A stretch of 63,085 nt of DNA, counting the filler, from Octopus bimaculoides (Eukaryota): NCBI RefSeq assembly GCF_001194135.2. It is 8 parts of 8 records of this genome, joined end to end, with 100 filler letters (N's around TTAATTAATTAA, not from the genome) between each part and the next. Parts side by side here need not be neighbours in the genome. Positions count along the whole stretch, not along the records: positions 27,219 to 45,350 come from NC_068993.1; 7 more parts are not named here. One strand, written 5' to 3'. Positions 28,030 through 41,057 of the stretch are shown here, one piece after another; the first letter of the stretch is position 1, and every line of letters begins with the position of its first letter. Below the pieces are notes generated by a model. That model was given only the letters and a program-made list of their open reading frames with translations. It ran no database searches and was not told the DNA's origin. The translations under genes and the position numbers were made by a program.

Positions 28030-28635
28030 NNNNNNNNNNNNNNNNNNNNNNNNNNNNNNNNNNNNNNNNNNNNNNNNNNNNNNNNNNNNNNNNNNNNNNN
28101 NNNNNNNNNNNNNNNNNNNNNNNNNNNNNNNNNNNNNNNNNNNNNNNNNNNNNNNNNNNNNNNNNNNNNNNNNNNNNNNNNNNNNNNNNNNNNNNNNNNN
28201 NNNNNNNNNNNNNNNNNNNNNNNNNNNNNNNNNNNNNNNNNNNNNNNNNNNNNNNNNNNNNNNNNNNNNNNNNNNNNNNNNNNNNNNNNNNNNNNNNNNN
28301 NNNNNNNNNNNNNNNNNNNNNNNNNNNNNNNNNNNNNNNNNNNNNNNNNNNNNNNNNNNNNNNNNNNNNNNNNNNNNNNNNNNNNNNNNNNNNNNNNNNN
28401 NNNNNNNNNNNNNNNNNNNNNNNNNNNNNNNNNNNNNNNNNNNNNNNNNNNNNNNNNNNNNNNNNNNNNNNNNNNNNNNNNNNNNNNNNNNNNNNNNNNN
28501 NNNNNNNNNNNNNNNNNNNNNNNNNNNNNNNNNNNNNNNNNNNNNNNNNNNNNNNNNNNNNNNNNNNNNNNNNNNNNNNNNNNNNNNNNNNNNNNNNNNN
28601 NNNNNNNNNNNNNNNNNNNNNNNNNNNNNNNNNNN

Positions 28636-28810
28636 NGGGGGAAAATACAAAGACAGACATAATCAATTCCATGCAGCCACAACAGAGGTTGCTGGAAAAA
28701 ATAGGTGGGGGTTGGCTGATGTAAGGAACACTAGAAAAAGACATCGAGAGCACTATAGTGGCTGGGCAAGACCAAGCTTTGGCCACGAACTGGAAGGTCA
28801 ACCTCCGAAA
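28636..28810 (+). mobile_element. R4/Dong-like LINE fragment (post-RT, pre-zinc-knuckle region)
   Basis: GWLM*GTLEKDIESTIVAGQDQALATNW resembles the ETExxIxAAQDQALxT motif. Confidence 0.65.
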
Positions 28811-28829
28811 TAAGCACGTGTTTATTCAT

Positions 28830-29500
28830 TTCAAAGAAAAAAAAAAAATAGTCTTAATCTCCTTCATTGTAGGCTCACTGACTTCAGTGCACTGCCCCTT
28901 CATAAAGGGCTCCATAGAACACCTCCAAAATGAAGATGTCTAAGATTCTTACCACAGTCTCCTTCATCATCTTCTTCAGCGCGGGAGACGATCAAGTCAC
29001 AGGAAGCAAGGTCTGGACTGAATGAATGGTGAGGGACAGTTTCTATGGCCATTTCTGTCAAATAGTTGGTTATAAGTGGTGCATTGTCCTGGTTCGGATG
29101 CAACCGAACCGATGACTCTGGCCTCTCCTGATAAAATTGCTTCCAGAAATCTCTCAAAACCTCCGCAAACTACACTTTGTTGACTGTGTGGCCCAAGGGA
29201 ACCCAATGCATGTAGACAATACTCTTGCTGTTGAAAAAGTGGATCATCATGAGACACTCAGTGGACCTGCTTTATCTGTCCCCTTGCGCCGGCGAAAAAC
29301 AGATGTTCGGCTCATACAAGTTAATTCATAGTAAGTCTGGAGTATATCTGTAGTGTTCTTTGCCCAGTTTAACACATAGCGAGCACCCAAATTGTCCTCA
29401 TGTCCCGTTCTGCCATCTGCAAACTAGTCACCTGTAACAAGCAATATGGAGTAGGATGTGTTCAAAGTGCTGTTTCGGCCGTCTCCTTCAATAAGAAAAA
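28830..29500 (-). mobile_element. Internally deleted mariner relic
   Basis: The N-terminal CVKLGK...CMSRTSVFRRRK is fused to MMIHFFNSKSIVYMHWVPLGHTVNK...QDNAP...HSFSPDLASCD. Same subfamily as 61645-61920. Confidence 0.8.
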
Positions 29501-30339
29501 AAAAACAAATTGGCAGGTGAGAACCATTATATATATAGTAATGATATATTAAAATTACTATAATCAGGGACAGCTATAACTACCTCTCCTAATACAGTTT
29601 CAAAAACTTCCAGAATGCACAACGTAAGCATTAATTTGAGGTTGAGAAGAACACTTCGGGGCCCAAATCGTGTATGTATTGCGTACTTATTGTAGGCACA
29701 TTTCTTATGCTTCATACGATATTTATATCGATTTAGGAGGCGATAAACATAATCACGAACCAGAAAGGGACTGGAGCCGATTTAATGTTTCTACCATGCA
29801 TTGTGAATTAAAAATGGAAATATAGTAAAATAATTAATCATAGTACAAGACTAGGATTACCAGTAAATCCTTGCAACTATTTCATAATAGGGTTGCATAA
29901 ACTTTGATAAAAGCGAAAATGCTCAACAGCTTTCTGCGAAATGTCAAGGACGCGAAATTTTAAATTCCATATAAATCTGTTGAAAACTGTTGACCCAAAA
30001 ACTAATGATTATAATTTAATCCATTTCAGCTTTGGAAATATTAGATGCTGGAGGAAATATAATAAAAAATTCGAAATTTAAACTATGTTAATAAGGGTTT
30101 GCACATAATGGTCCGTTTTTTAATATAAAAACGTAACCATGTATGTGATGCGGTCTTTCATAACTTTCAGCACATGCGGATGCATACATGTGAATTTGTG
30201 TGTGTGTGTGTGCGTGTAATATTCAGTATGTTCCGGCTAAATTTGACGGTTTACATAGAAGGAAAAGAAAACAGACTATCCCATCCATATATAAAATAAT
30301 TCTATATTTAAGAGATGAGAAATTATTTACATTATTTAC

Positions 30340-30442
30340 ATTATTTACATTTGACGGATATTTGTCCTCATCTTGTTTGTTGTTAACACAGCGTTTCGGC
30401 TGATATACCCTCCAGCCTTCATCAGGTGTCTTGGGAAAATTT
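30340..30442 (-). mobile_element. Penelope-like terminal repeat fragment containing a hammerhead motif
   Basis: Near-identical in reverse complement to 60100-60200. Confidence 0.75.
30385..30430 (-). ncRNA. Type I minimal hammerhead motif, family A (mutated at position 16.1)
   Basis: The reverse complement reads GACAC-CTGATGA-A-GGCTG[GAGGGTATAT]CAGCC-GAA-ACGC-T-GTGTT. Confidence 0.65.
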
Positions 30443-30475
30443 TGTGTGTGTGTGTTTGTGTGTGCGTGTGAGCGT

Positions 30476-30592
30476 GTCTTTGTATCTGTGATTGTCCATC
30501 ACCACTGCTTGGCTACTAGTGTTGATGTGTTTACGGTCTCGTAAACTAGCGGTTCGGAAAAAGAGACCGATTGATTAAGTACCAGATTTATT
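30476..30592 (+). mobile_element. SINE tail fragment (family of 34801-35010)
   Basis: CACTGCTTGG...GTGTTTACGGTCTCGTAAACTAGCGGTTCGGAAAAAGAGACCGATTGATTAAGTAC. Confidence 0.7.
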
Positions 30593-31498
30593 TTTTCGAC
30601 ACGAATNNNNNNNNNNNNNNNNNNNNNNNNNNNNNNNNNNNNNNNNNNNNNNNNNNNNNNNNNNNNNNNNNNNNNNNNNNNNNNNNNNNNNNNNNNNNNN
30701 NNNNNNNNNNNNNNNNNNNNNNNNNNNNNNNNNNNNNNNNNNNNNNNNNNNNNNNNNNNNNNNNNNNNNNNNNNNNNNNNNNNNNNNNNNNNNNNNNNNN
30801 NNNNNNNNNNNNNNNNNNNNNNNNNNNNNNNNNNNNNNNNNNNNNNNNNNNNNNNNNNNNNNNNNNNNNNNNNNNNNNNNNNNNNNNNNNNNNNNNNNNN
30901 NNNNNNNNNNNNNNNNNNNNNNNNNNNNNNNNNNNNNNNNNNNNNNNNNNNNNNNNNNNNNNNNNNNNNNNNNNNNNNNNNNNNNNNNNNNNNNNNNNNN
31001 NNNNNNNNNNNNNNNNNNNNNNNNNNNNNNNNNNNNNNNNNNNNNNNNNNNNNNNNNNNNNNNNNNNNNNNNNNNNNNNNNNNNNNNNNNNNNNNNNNNN
31101 NNNNNNNNNNNNNNNNNNNNNNNNNNNNNNNNNNNNNNNNNNNNNNNNNNNNNNNNNNNNNNNNNNNNNNNNNNNNNNNNNNNNNNNNNNNNNNNNNNNN
31201 NNNNNNNNNNNNNNNNNNNNNNNNNNNNNNNNNNNNNNNNNNNNNNNNNNNNNNNNNNNNNNNNNNNNNNNNNNNNNNNNNNNNNNNNNNNNNNNNNNNN
31301 NNNNNNNATATATATATATATATATATATATATAAACATATATATCTTCTTGTATGTATGTATGTAAGGGGTCAATTTCCGCTCTCAGTTTTTTCTCATG
31401 CAGATTAATATGTTCGCGCATGCACAACACACACACACACACACACACACACGTACACACACGCACATATACAGACACACAGACACACCCACACGCAC

Positions 31499-31532
<34 letters not shown>

Positions 31533-31577
31533 TTATATGCATATATATATGTATATGTATATATGCATACATGTGAA

Positions 31578-31835
31578 GGCGTGCGGCGTAGTGATTAGGG
31601 TGTTGCACTCACGATCGCAACATCGTTGGTTCAATTTCGAGACTGAGCTGCAAACTGCGTTCTTGGCCAAAACACTTTGCTTCGCGTCCCTCCCAATCCA
31701 CTCAGCTGTAAGAGTTTTCTCCTACGAAGGATTATCTTTCCCTGCTCGGGGAAGTGTTGGCCTGCTTGGGGTGGTGTCATTCGAAAGTTAAAATCGATTC
31801 AAAGCGCATTGTGACCAGCGATGTATAACAACATC
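31578..31835 (+). mobile_element. tRNA-derived CORE-like SINE, degenerate
   Basis: GGCGTGCGGCGTAGTGATTAGG...GGTTCAATTTC...TGCGTTCTTGGCCAAAACACTTTG...CCACTCAGCTG. Confidence 0.65.
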
Positions 31836-31889
31836 GGATCACACAATCACATGAGATACATGCATGCATATATGTATATAAAAACCTTC

Positions 31890-32120
31890 TGAATGGAAGT
31901 TTTCGAGCTTTTGTTCTTCGTCCTTTTGAATTTGGTGGTCACACTTGCTACATCCTCGTCGAACTTCATGTAGCTCACTGCATCATTTGCCTTCGGCCAC
32001 TTAATTGTTGGCTTCTTCATGTCTATCTCTTTTCTTAGCTGTTCCGATTCAACTGTGGAATGACCCTCGCTATGGTTTCTTTCCAGGAGGTTCTGGTCAC
32101 ACGTCTTCCGGTTTTTCAAC
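31890..32120 (-). mobile_element. HERO-like (R2-group) non-LTR retrotransposon N-terminal fragment
   Basis: KKPTIKWPKANDAVSYMKFDEDVASV resembles the KWPxAN...FDEDV motif as I recall it from HERO elements. Confidence 0.45.
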
Positions 32121-32134
32121 CCGCGCTATATATA

Positions 32135-32860
32135 CAGAGTGTGGTGAATAAATTATCGTCTAAATTACGCAAAAATGAAAATAACACTGACATCTCATTT
32201 TAACGGATATATTTATCAAAATTACATAAACATAACTTGAAATACTAAAGAGTAGATTTATTCAATGAAATCGCCATTGACTTGAACCGGAGGCCTCCAG
32301 ACGACTTCGGAATCTCCTGCAACTTTTCTGGACGATTGCCTTGTTTAAGTTGGTGAATGGTGATATAATCCTTGACTTCAGGCCATCTTTGGTGTTACAA
32401 GGAGATTTGTTGATCTCTGGCTCAAATGCGCCCCACACATAGTAATCAAAGGTGTTGCAGTCGGGGGAGTTAGGTGGTCAGATGCTAGGGGTAATGTGGT
32501 CGCAAAAATTTTCTGACAGCCATGACTGGGTTCTCCTGCTTGTGTGGCATGGTGCAGAGTCCTGTTGCCAAACATAGGGTCTCCCAGCTGTCACCCTCTT
32601 CATCTAGGGCAGCACTACCTCCTCTCCAGGTACTTGATGTAGGCCTCCGCGTTGAGTCTGAGGTTGTGTGGGAAGATGAATGGAGGCATAACTTCGCCAT
32701 CACTAGTGACCACTCCAAACACCATAATGTAGACTGGATGTTTGGTTTTTATCACTCTCGGTACATGTTTTTGAGACACCGCAAACCAACAGATTAACAC
32801 CCAAATATTCTGAAGTGTTCCTACTGGAGCTCCCTGCATGAATCTCGTGCAGTACGTATA
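32135..32860 (-). mobile_element. Second copy of the non-autonomous maT (DD37D) element, 5'-truncated
   Basis: Reverse-complement homolog of 4261-5146. It begins TA|CAGAGTGTGGTGAATAAATT. It encodes WQQDSAPCHTSRRTQSWLSENFCDHITPSI*PPNSPDCNTFDY, with 37 residues between the second and third D. Confidence 0.88.
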
Positions 32861-33053
32861 TGTATATGTTTATGAGTGCACGTGAGGTTTGTTCTTTCTT
32901 TTTATTCAAGTCTCTCAGACTCTGGTCATAGCCAAAACGTTATAGTTGTTCCATGTACAACACTCTCAGTGAAGCATTTTCGCTATGACTTGAATGAAAA
33001 GACGATGTGAACTTGGATCTAGTTACAAAGCACACACACACAACCCATACACA

Positions 33054-33188
<135 letters not shown>

Positions 33189-33351
33189 GTTTCTCTATGT
33201 GTCTGTATGTCTGTCTACCTATATACACAAACACCTATACGCACATATATATATATATAAGCAGGTGTGTATATTATATATATGTATTATATATATGCAT
33301 ATATACATATACATATATGCATGCATATATATATGTATGTAGATAGATAGG

Positions 33352-33425
<74 letters not shown>

Positions 33426-33564
33426 TGCATATACACTTGTACACTTGTGTGNNNNNNNNNNTAAAATGTTTCATAAAATTGCATATAATTTAGTTCGTGA
33501 TTAAATTTGTTGCAAAGTGGGTCACACAGACACAGACACACACACGCACGCACGCACGCAGGCA

Positions 33565-33611
<47 letters not shown>

Positions 33612-34461
33612 ACATACACACGTGTATATATTTGAAAGAAAAAATATATTGACGCACGTTTAGCTTATGTGTATGGCGATGCGTGCGTATGTCTATGTGT
33701 GTGTGTATTCGGGAGTTCTGTGTGTGTGAGTTTGTTTATATGTGTGGTGGGGTGCGTGTATTTAATTTGATAAAAAGATCCAAATACCTAAAGTAGTGCA
33801 TATAAAATATTGACAATAAGCTGAAGTTGTTTGAACTGTAACTGAGTTTTTGGTTTCTAATTTCTCAAAGCAATTTGATAAGGTTCGTAGAGTGGGAATA
33901 TATAAGTAAAATGATCTGAAGCATATTAGGATATGATGAGTTACAGTAAATCGATATTTTATTGGTTGCGGTGAAGCCATCAGGAAAAACGTCACGTCAC
34001 CGTCTATGCATTTCTATACTTTCTTTTAACTTGTCGATCCTGGAGGAAGGACTAGTGTCCACGATTCTTTTTTTGGGCTTTTCAGAGCGGTAGAGTTAGT
34101 GTCCATTTTAAACTGCGGTAAATCAACATCTGCAGAAAATATGTAAGCAGAAAAAAGGTTCCAGAAGGCCAATGTCTGGGAATGAGGGATTTGGCATAGT
34201 GGTGAGTGTAGATTCATCTCTGTTGGATACAACATATTTGAGATGTGGTGGAAAAAATATTGTGTCATGGGATATTTGAATGCTAAAGGCAAGAGACCAT
34301 CCAACTCCAAGATGTCAAAAAACAGAACAGACAGACTGTCGATACAATATACATACTGACTAAAGGCTACGGTCTGTGCGGTAGTGATTTTATGTCAAAC
34401 AGCAGAGATACCCGCGTCACCGACACAAATATGGGCACATCATTCCATTGAGGGTCTCATT

Positions 34462-34620
34462 GGCGCAGGCGTGGCTGTGTGATAAGAAGCTTACTTTTCA
34501 GCCACATGATTCTAGGCTCAGTCTCTCTGTGTGGCACCTTGGACAAGTGTCTTTTACTATAACCTCGGGCCGACCAATGCCTTGTGAGTGGTAGAGATAA
34601 ACTGAAAGAAGCTCGTCGTA
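34462..34620 (+). mobile_element. tRNA-derived SINE head (Octopus-type)
   Basis: GGCGCAGGCGTGGCTGTGTGATAAG...GGCTCAGTC...GGCACCTTGGACAAGTGTC...GAAAGAAGCTCGTCG, followed by (TA)n. Copies lie at 39383, 39949, 54049 and 54415. Confidence 0.85.
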
Positions 34621-34800
34621 TATATATATATATATATATATATTCTTTTATACGTTCAACCCTAGGGCTCTGGCGGTGCTGGGGCACCGCCATATGTGTG
34701 TGTATGGGTGTGTGTGTGTGTATGTGTGTGTGTGTGTGTGCATGTGTGTGTGTGTCTGTATGTGTGTCTGTCTGTCTGTGTCTGTGTGTGCGTGCGTGTT

Positions 34801-35010
34801 CGTGTCTTTGGTTGTGCCCAACCACTGCTTCACAACAGGCTTTGGTGTGTTTACTTCCCTGTAACTTAGCGATTCAGCAAAAGAAACGATAAAAGAAGTA
34901 GCATACTTAACAATAAAATAATTACGGGGGATCGATTCATTCAAATCAAAATTTCCTCAGGGCAATGCCCCAGTATGGCCGCGGTGTAATGACTTAAAAA
35001 AGTGAAAGAC
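34801..35010 (+). mobile_element. SINE tail module
   Basis: GTGTTTACTTCCCTGTAACTTAGCGATTCAGCAAAAG...GCCCCAGTATGGCCGCGGTGTAATGAC; five homologs elsewhere in the window. Confidence 0.75.
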
Positions 35011-36062
35011 GAAAGATAATAAATAAGAGATAAATAATTTAAGGACAGTAAAGAATTAGCCGCTGTTGGGGACTGAACTATCTTCTGGTTCTACATAAAG
35101 GGAAGGACTAGTCTCTGGGAAACAGTCCAACCTGTGCTAAGATTGAAGCTGTCCCCAAATACTGAATTCCAAGTTATGATATAAGAATAAACACACTTGT
35201 TTACATCGATTAACTGAAATGGATGAAATGGTGCCATATGATGGAGATAACAAAATCGAACACAGTAACTTTCGAACTCAGAACATGACGAACAAGGAAA
35301 CTTAATATATAAAATACGTTTTAGATGGGCGCTTGACTATTTCCGCTATTTCAATGATTATTTAATGTATAATAAATGTCTTTTTTTTTTCCAATCTAAT
35401 ATAAAACGATTATAAACAATAGATATAAATTAAATTAAACAAATATATAAAGTTATAAACATTTATTTTAAATAAAACTAACATACCAACATATNNNNNN
35501 NNNNNNNNNNNNNNNNNNNNNNNNNNNNNNNNNNNNNNNNNNNNNNNNNNNNNNNNNNNNNNNNNNNNNNNNNNNNNNNNNNNNNNNNNNNNNNNNNNNN
35601 NNNNNNNNNNNNNNNNNNNNNNNNNNNNNNNNNNNNNNNNNNNNNNNNNNNNNNNNNNNNNNNNNNNNNNNNNNNNNNNNNNNNNNNNNNNNNNNNNNNN
35701 NNNNNNNNNNNNNNNNNNNNNNNNNNNNNNNNNNNNNNNNNNNNNNNNNNNNNNNNNNNNNNNNNNNNNNNNNNNNNNNNNNNNNNNNNNNNNNNNNNNN
35801 NNNNNNNNNNNNNNNNNNNNNNNNNNNNNNNNNNNNNNNNNNNNNNNNNNNNNNNNNNNNNNNNNNNNNNNNNNNNNNNNNNNNNNNNNNNNNNNNNNNN
35901 NNNNNNNNNNNNNNNNNNNNNNNNNNNNNNNNNNNNNNNNNNNNNNNNNNNNNNNNNNNNNNNNNNNNNNNNNNNNNNNNNNNNNNNNNNNNNNNNNNNN
36001 NNNNNNNNNNNNNNNNNNNNNNNNNNNNNNNNNNNNNNNNNNNNNNNNNNNNNNNNNNNNNN

Positions 36063-36100
<38 letters not shown>

Positions 36101-38461
36101 GTAATAATAATAACATATTAATACTAGTAGCAATGTTTAGAGGAACAGAAAACTAATAATAAATATTAATATATATATATGCATATATGTATGTGTATAT
36201 GTGTGTGTATATATGTTATGTATATATATATGTGTATGCATATGTATGCATATATGTTATATATATAGGTATGTATATGTGTGTATTGTGTGTGTATACA
36301 TGCATATTTATATGCATATATATATATAGAGAGAGATAAATATACTTCTGGCTATGTGTGTGTATGTGTATGTACGTCAATAATATTAATTGTATTTGTA
36401 TATGTGCGTATGTTTGTGTACGAAAAATATTTTTTTTAAATGCCTTCATATAAACAGGAAGGGAAAAAATAAAAGGCGCACACACACACACACACAAATA
36501 AACACATGCGCACAGACACAAACACACACACAAGCATACGCACATACGAAGCCAGTTAAGCAGTGATTGTAATATTATTTCTACCTAACAACCAAATTGA
36601 TAAATGTTTTCTACTCGACTTTAGTCTCAGCGACAAAAACATAAATAACAATATTATTCATTTTTTTTTTTTTTTTGGAAACGGATGAAATATTGTTATT
36701 TACTGCATTCCAACACAAATTTAATTTTAAGATCATCTCCCTTCCCTTTCACTCTTCTTTTTTTTTCCTCCTCGGCCTTCCTCCACAAACACAAACAATA
36801 CACATATACCTATATGCATGTATGTTTGTGTGTATATAGATATATATTGTGTGTGTGTGAGTGGGTGTGTATTTATGTTATATGCATGTGTTTGCGTAAA
36901 TATATATACATTTATGTATGTGTGTATGTATATATATATATATATATATANNNNNNNNNNNNNNNNNNNNNNNNNNNNNNNNNNNNNNNNNNNNNNNNNN
37001 NNNNNNNNNNNNNNNNNNNNNNNNNNNNNNNNNNNNNNNNNNNNNNNNNNNNNNNNNNNNNNNNNNNNNNNNNNNNNNNNNNNNNNNNNNNNNNNNNNNN
37101 NNNNNNNNNNNNNNNNNNNNNNNNNNNNNNNNNNNNNNNNNNNNNNNNNNNNNNNNNNNNNNNNNNNNNNNNNNNNNNNNNNNNNNNNNNNNNNNNNNNN
37201 NNNNNNNNNNNNNNNNNNNNNNNNNNNNNNNNNNNNNNNNNNNNNNNNNNNNNNNNNNNNNNNNNNNNNNNNNNNNNNNNNNNNNNNNNNNNNNNNNNNN
37301 NNNNNNNNNNNNNNNNNNNNNNNNNNNNNNNNNNNNNNNNNNNNNNNNNNNNNNNNNNNNNNNNNNNNNNNNNNNNNNNNNNNNNNNNNNNNNNNNNNNN
37401 NNNNNNNNNNNNNNNNNNNNNNNNNNNNNNNNNNNNNNNNNNNNNNNNNNNNNNNNNNNNNNNNNNNNNNNNNNNNNNNNNNNNNNNNNNNNNNNNNNNN
37501 NNNNNNNNNNNNNNNNNNNNNNNNNNNNNNNNNNNNNNNNNNNNNNNNNNNNNNNNNNNNNNNNNNNNNNNNNNNNNNNNNNNNNNNNNNNNNNNNNNNN
37601 NNNNNNNNNNNNNNNNNNNNNNNNNNNNNNNNNNNNNNNNNNNNNNNNNNNNNNNNNNGTACGTATGTCTCATTTTAGTCGTAAATATATATATGTGTGT
37701 GGATGTATGTGTATATGTATGTGTGTATGTGTGTAACTATAAGTGCGTGTAACTATAAGTGTGTGTAACACACAGACACACTTTTCTTTATTTAGGCAAA
37801 TTTAAATTGATAGTTTATTAGAAACATTACTTGAATGTGTATGCGCATAAATATACGCTGTATGTAATTATGTACGCATATGCATACATATTAACGTGTG
37901 CGTGTCTGTGCATACGTGTCTGTACGTTCGTATGTGTGTGCTTGCGCCTGTGCGTTTGCGTGTGTCTGTCGTGGGGAAGAGAGAGTGTGTGTGCTCATGT
38001 ACGTATGTATATATATGAACGTATGCATATACGTACGTATGTATATAAGTATGGATAGATGGATGGGTGGATGGATGGATGGATACATGATGGTATGTAT
38101 GCCTATAACGCCCCCTGGCGTGCTGATTCCATATTTTGATTCAAGTGAAACAGTGGTAGGGCTTCATATAAACAAAGAGGTTCACATCATAACAAGAAAC
38201 TAATAAACACGTTAGCGTTTAAAATATTCATATTTGAAGCCTTATATCTTAAACAATGACTCAAAAACAAACACTTCAATTACAACAATATCTTGAATCA
38301 TAATTTCTCTACATATAAACGTACATGCGCGCATACACATACAGGCAAACCAGATATGTGTGTGCATGTGTGTGTGTGCGTGAATGTGTAAGTGTATATA
38401 TACATACATATACACATATATATTTACATTTACATATACTTACACACACAAACACATACAC

Positions 38462-38557
<96 letters not shown>

Positions 38558-39146
38558 TTATTTATTTATTTATATTTATATTTATATATATATATATATG
38601 CATGGGTCTTCAAGCAACCCTTCAGGCTAAAATACACGTAGGTGATGTTATTTGAAAAAGGGGATGCTGGGCTATGAGAATACACGAGAAGAAAAACGAG
38701 ATACGGTGAATAAAAACAGGGGAAAAAAATAGAAAACGAAACACAAATCAAAGACCTGCGTCCTCTTTGTCCCTCGAAATCTTTATTAATCAACGAAGAG
38801 GAGGTCAAATCTATGAGACAGCTGTTCAATCTGGAGAGGGTTGCGCCCACCAGTTCGACAAAGAAAATTTACCCATGTGTTTCCATTTGTTAAGGATTTT
38901 CGAAGAAAAATTAAATAGTGCGGTGAAATCCTTGGATATAGCAAATATATGTGTTCTTTTCAGGTACACATTGTTTGCATTTCCTTGATCCACTTAAATA
39001 CGGTATGGAATCCTCCATGATCATCTACTTAATTGTATGTGGTGTGTAGTTTACTCCAATGACCAGAGCCCTGCTTTATAAATACGACCAACTACGAAGT
39101 ATTACTTCGATACACAAAGCCCGATAGATATATTTACAAATAGTCT

Positions 39147-39367
39147 TTTATTCTTTTACTTATTACAGCATGACTGCGGCCATGCTGGAGCACCACCTTG
39201 AAGGATTTTTATCAAACGAATTGCTCCCAGGACCTATATTTTAAGCATAGGACTTATTCTATGGGTCTCTTTTGCTGAATCGCTAGGTTATGGGGATATA
39301 AACACACCAAAGCTGGTTGTCAAGCGGTGATTGCAGGAAGCAGTCACAGGCACAAAGACAAGCACAC
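39147..39367 (-). mobile_element. SINE tail module
   Basis: CATGACTGCGGCCATGCTGGAGCACCACC...CTTTTGCTGAATCGCTAGGTTATGGGG is the reverse complement of the 34801 module. Confidence 0.8.
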
Positions 39368-39382
39368 ATATATACTTATATA

Positions 39383-39530
39383 GGCGCAGGGGTGACTGTG
39401 TAGTAAGAAGTTTGCTTCCCATTTACACGGATTCAAGTCCAGCCCCACTGCGTGGCACCTTGCACGATTGTCTTCTACTGTAGCCTCGGGCTGACCAAAG
39501 CCTTGTCAGTGTATTTGGTAGACGGAAACT
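39383..39530 (+). mobile_element. tRNA-derived SINE head
   Basis: Homologous to 34462-34620. Confidence 0.85.
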
Positions 39531-39948
39531 TGTTCAAGGTGTCAAGCAATGGGACTGTGTAGGAATCCAGCAGTAAAAGGAGAGCGAACTTAATGAGAGT
39601 ATTATTGTAACGTTTAAGTATGTCTACAACAGAACCAGTTAACACTACAAGCAACGAAGGAGCAATAACGTCAGAGCGTGACAATACGTGGATCGAAGCC
39701 CACAACTTCCCATTGATGTACGTGTTCTGTATGATATCTAAGAAATGTTTTGAAATACAGTTTATTTTGGAGCCATTGGGTAATTGGTTTTCGTTTAGGT
39801 GGTCTTTTGTGCCACAATATTTAAAAAAAATATGATTACGTAATCAATGACAATGAATAAAATGCCAGAAGATAGTGTTAATTTTTAAATGTTATCATAT
39901 GATCTGTGCGTCATGTGCAAATGTTAAACTATAATAATCAGATATAAA

Positions 39949-40058
39949 GCACAGGCATGGCAATGTGGTTAAGAAGTTTCCTTGCCAACTTCTATAGTCT
40001 CAGGCCAACCAATGCCTTGTCAGTGAATTTAACTCATAGAAACTGTTAAGAGACTTGT
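39949..40058 (+). mobile_element. Internally deleted SINE head
   Basis: GCACAGGCATGGCAATGTGGTTAAGAAG...AGGCCAACCAATGCCTTGTCAGTG...GAAACTG. Confidence 0.6.
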
Positions 40059-40532
40059 TTAATATATATGTGTGTGTGTGTGCGAGTTTGAACACCTCCG
40101 CAGTGTATATGCATGCATAGCAAATTTCAACTATTATTCTGTAGATTGGAAAAAATAATGAACGGCCTTAATCAGTTTTCGAACCATATTGGATTCTCAT
40201 CAGGGGTGTCTACATCATTTCACAAAACCTAAAGGAATAAAGAGACAATCTGTTTATATACACCACACATCTAGAGAACTGGAGCCATTAAAGCGAATAA
40301 CGTAAGTGTTCACAATATTTAATATCAGGGGCCTGTCAACAGGGAACTCCAATCAACACATTATCAAGGTATGATATATGTAAAACTACGTAGCAGAAAT
40401 ACTAACAAGGTAAGTGAGAAATACCTCTCCGGAGATTGAAAACCTGATGAACAGCCTGATATACACATACATACATACATACATATATACATACATACAT
40501 ACATACATACATACGTCAGCTAGTTTACATGC

Positions 40533-40601
<69 letters not shown>

Positions 40602-40844
40602 TTTTGCGTGTGTGTGTGTACATACATGTAGCTGTACGGCGAAACAGACAATGCGAACAAATACCAGACTTCGATATAAGATGAACGATAGACGTGTTTG
40701 ACTGAAACCCTTCAAAGCCCTATGAAGGCTAGAAAGACGAGGGTCATAACAAAAAGAATTTATCGATTCCTGATCCATGTAGGCGTATCACTTTTGGAGT
40801 GTCGGACAATATACCTTGCGGAATTCTGTTATAGCACCTATCTA

Positions 40845-40950
40845 TCTGCGCTCGAATTCCAATGTTGTCAAATTTCCCTTTCTTTATTCCGTGATCGATT
40901 TAATAAAGTACCAATCAAGAATTGTCTTTGCTTTCATCGATCAATCTGCA
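40845..40950 (+). mobile_element. Degenerate Deu/Nin-like SINE segment
   Basis: CTCGAATTCC...GTCAAATTTCCCTTTC...GATCGATTTAATAAAGTACCA is the reverse-complement homolog of 53925-54045. Confidence 0.5.
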
Positions 40951-41057
40951 TCGATTAATCCCATCTGCAATACGCCATTTCCCCGTCTTCCGTCGCCTAT
41001 ATATTCTACTACTGGACAGGGCTTCGGTCCGTCGCAGGTTTACTCGATTTTGCTCTA

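Noticed and set aside
38767-38988. 73-aa ORF in unique sequence
   Set aside because: No motif and no convincing splice signals.
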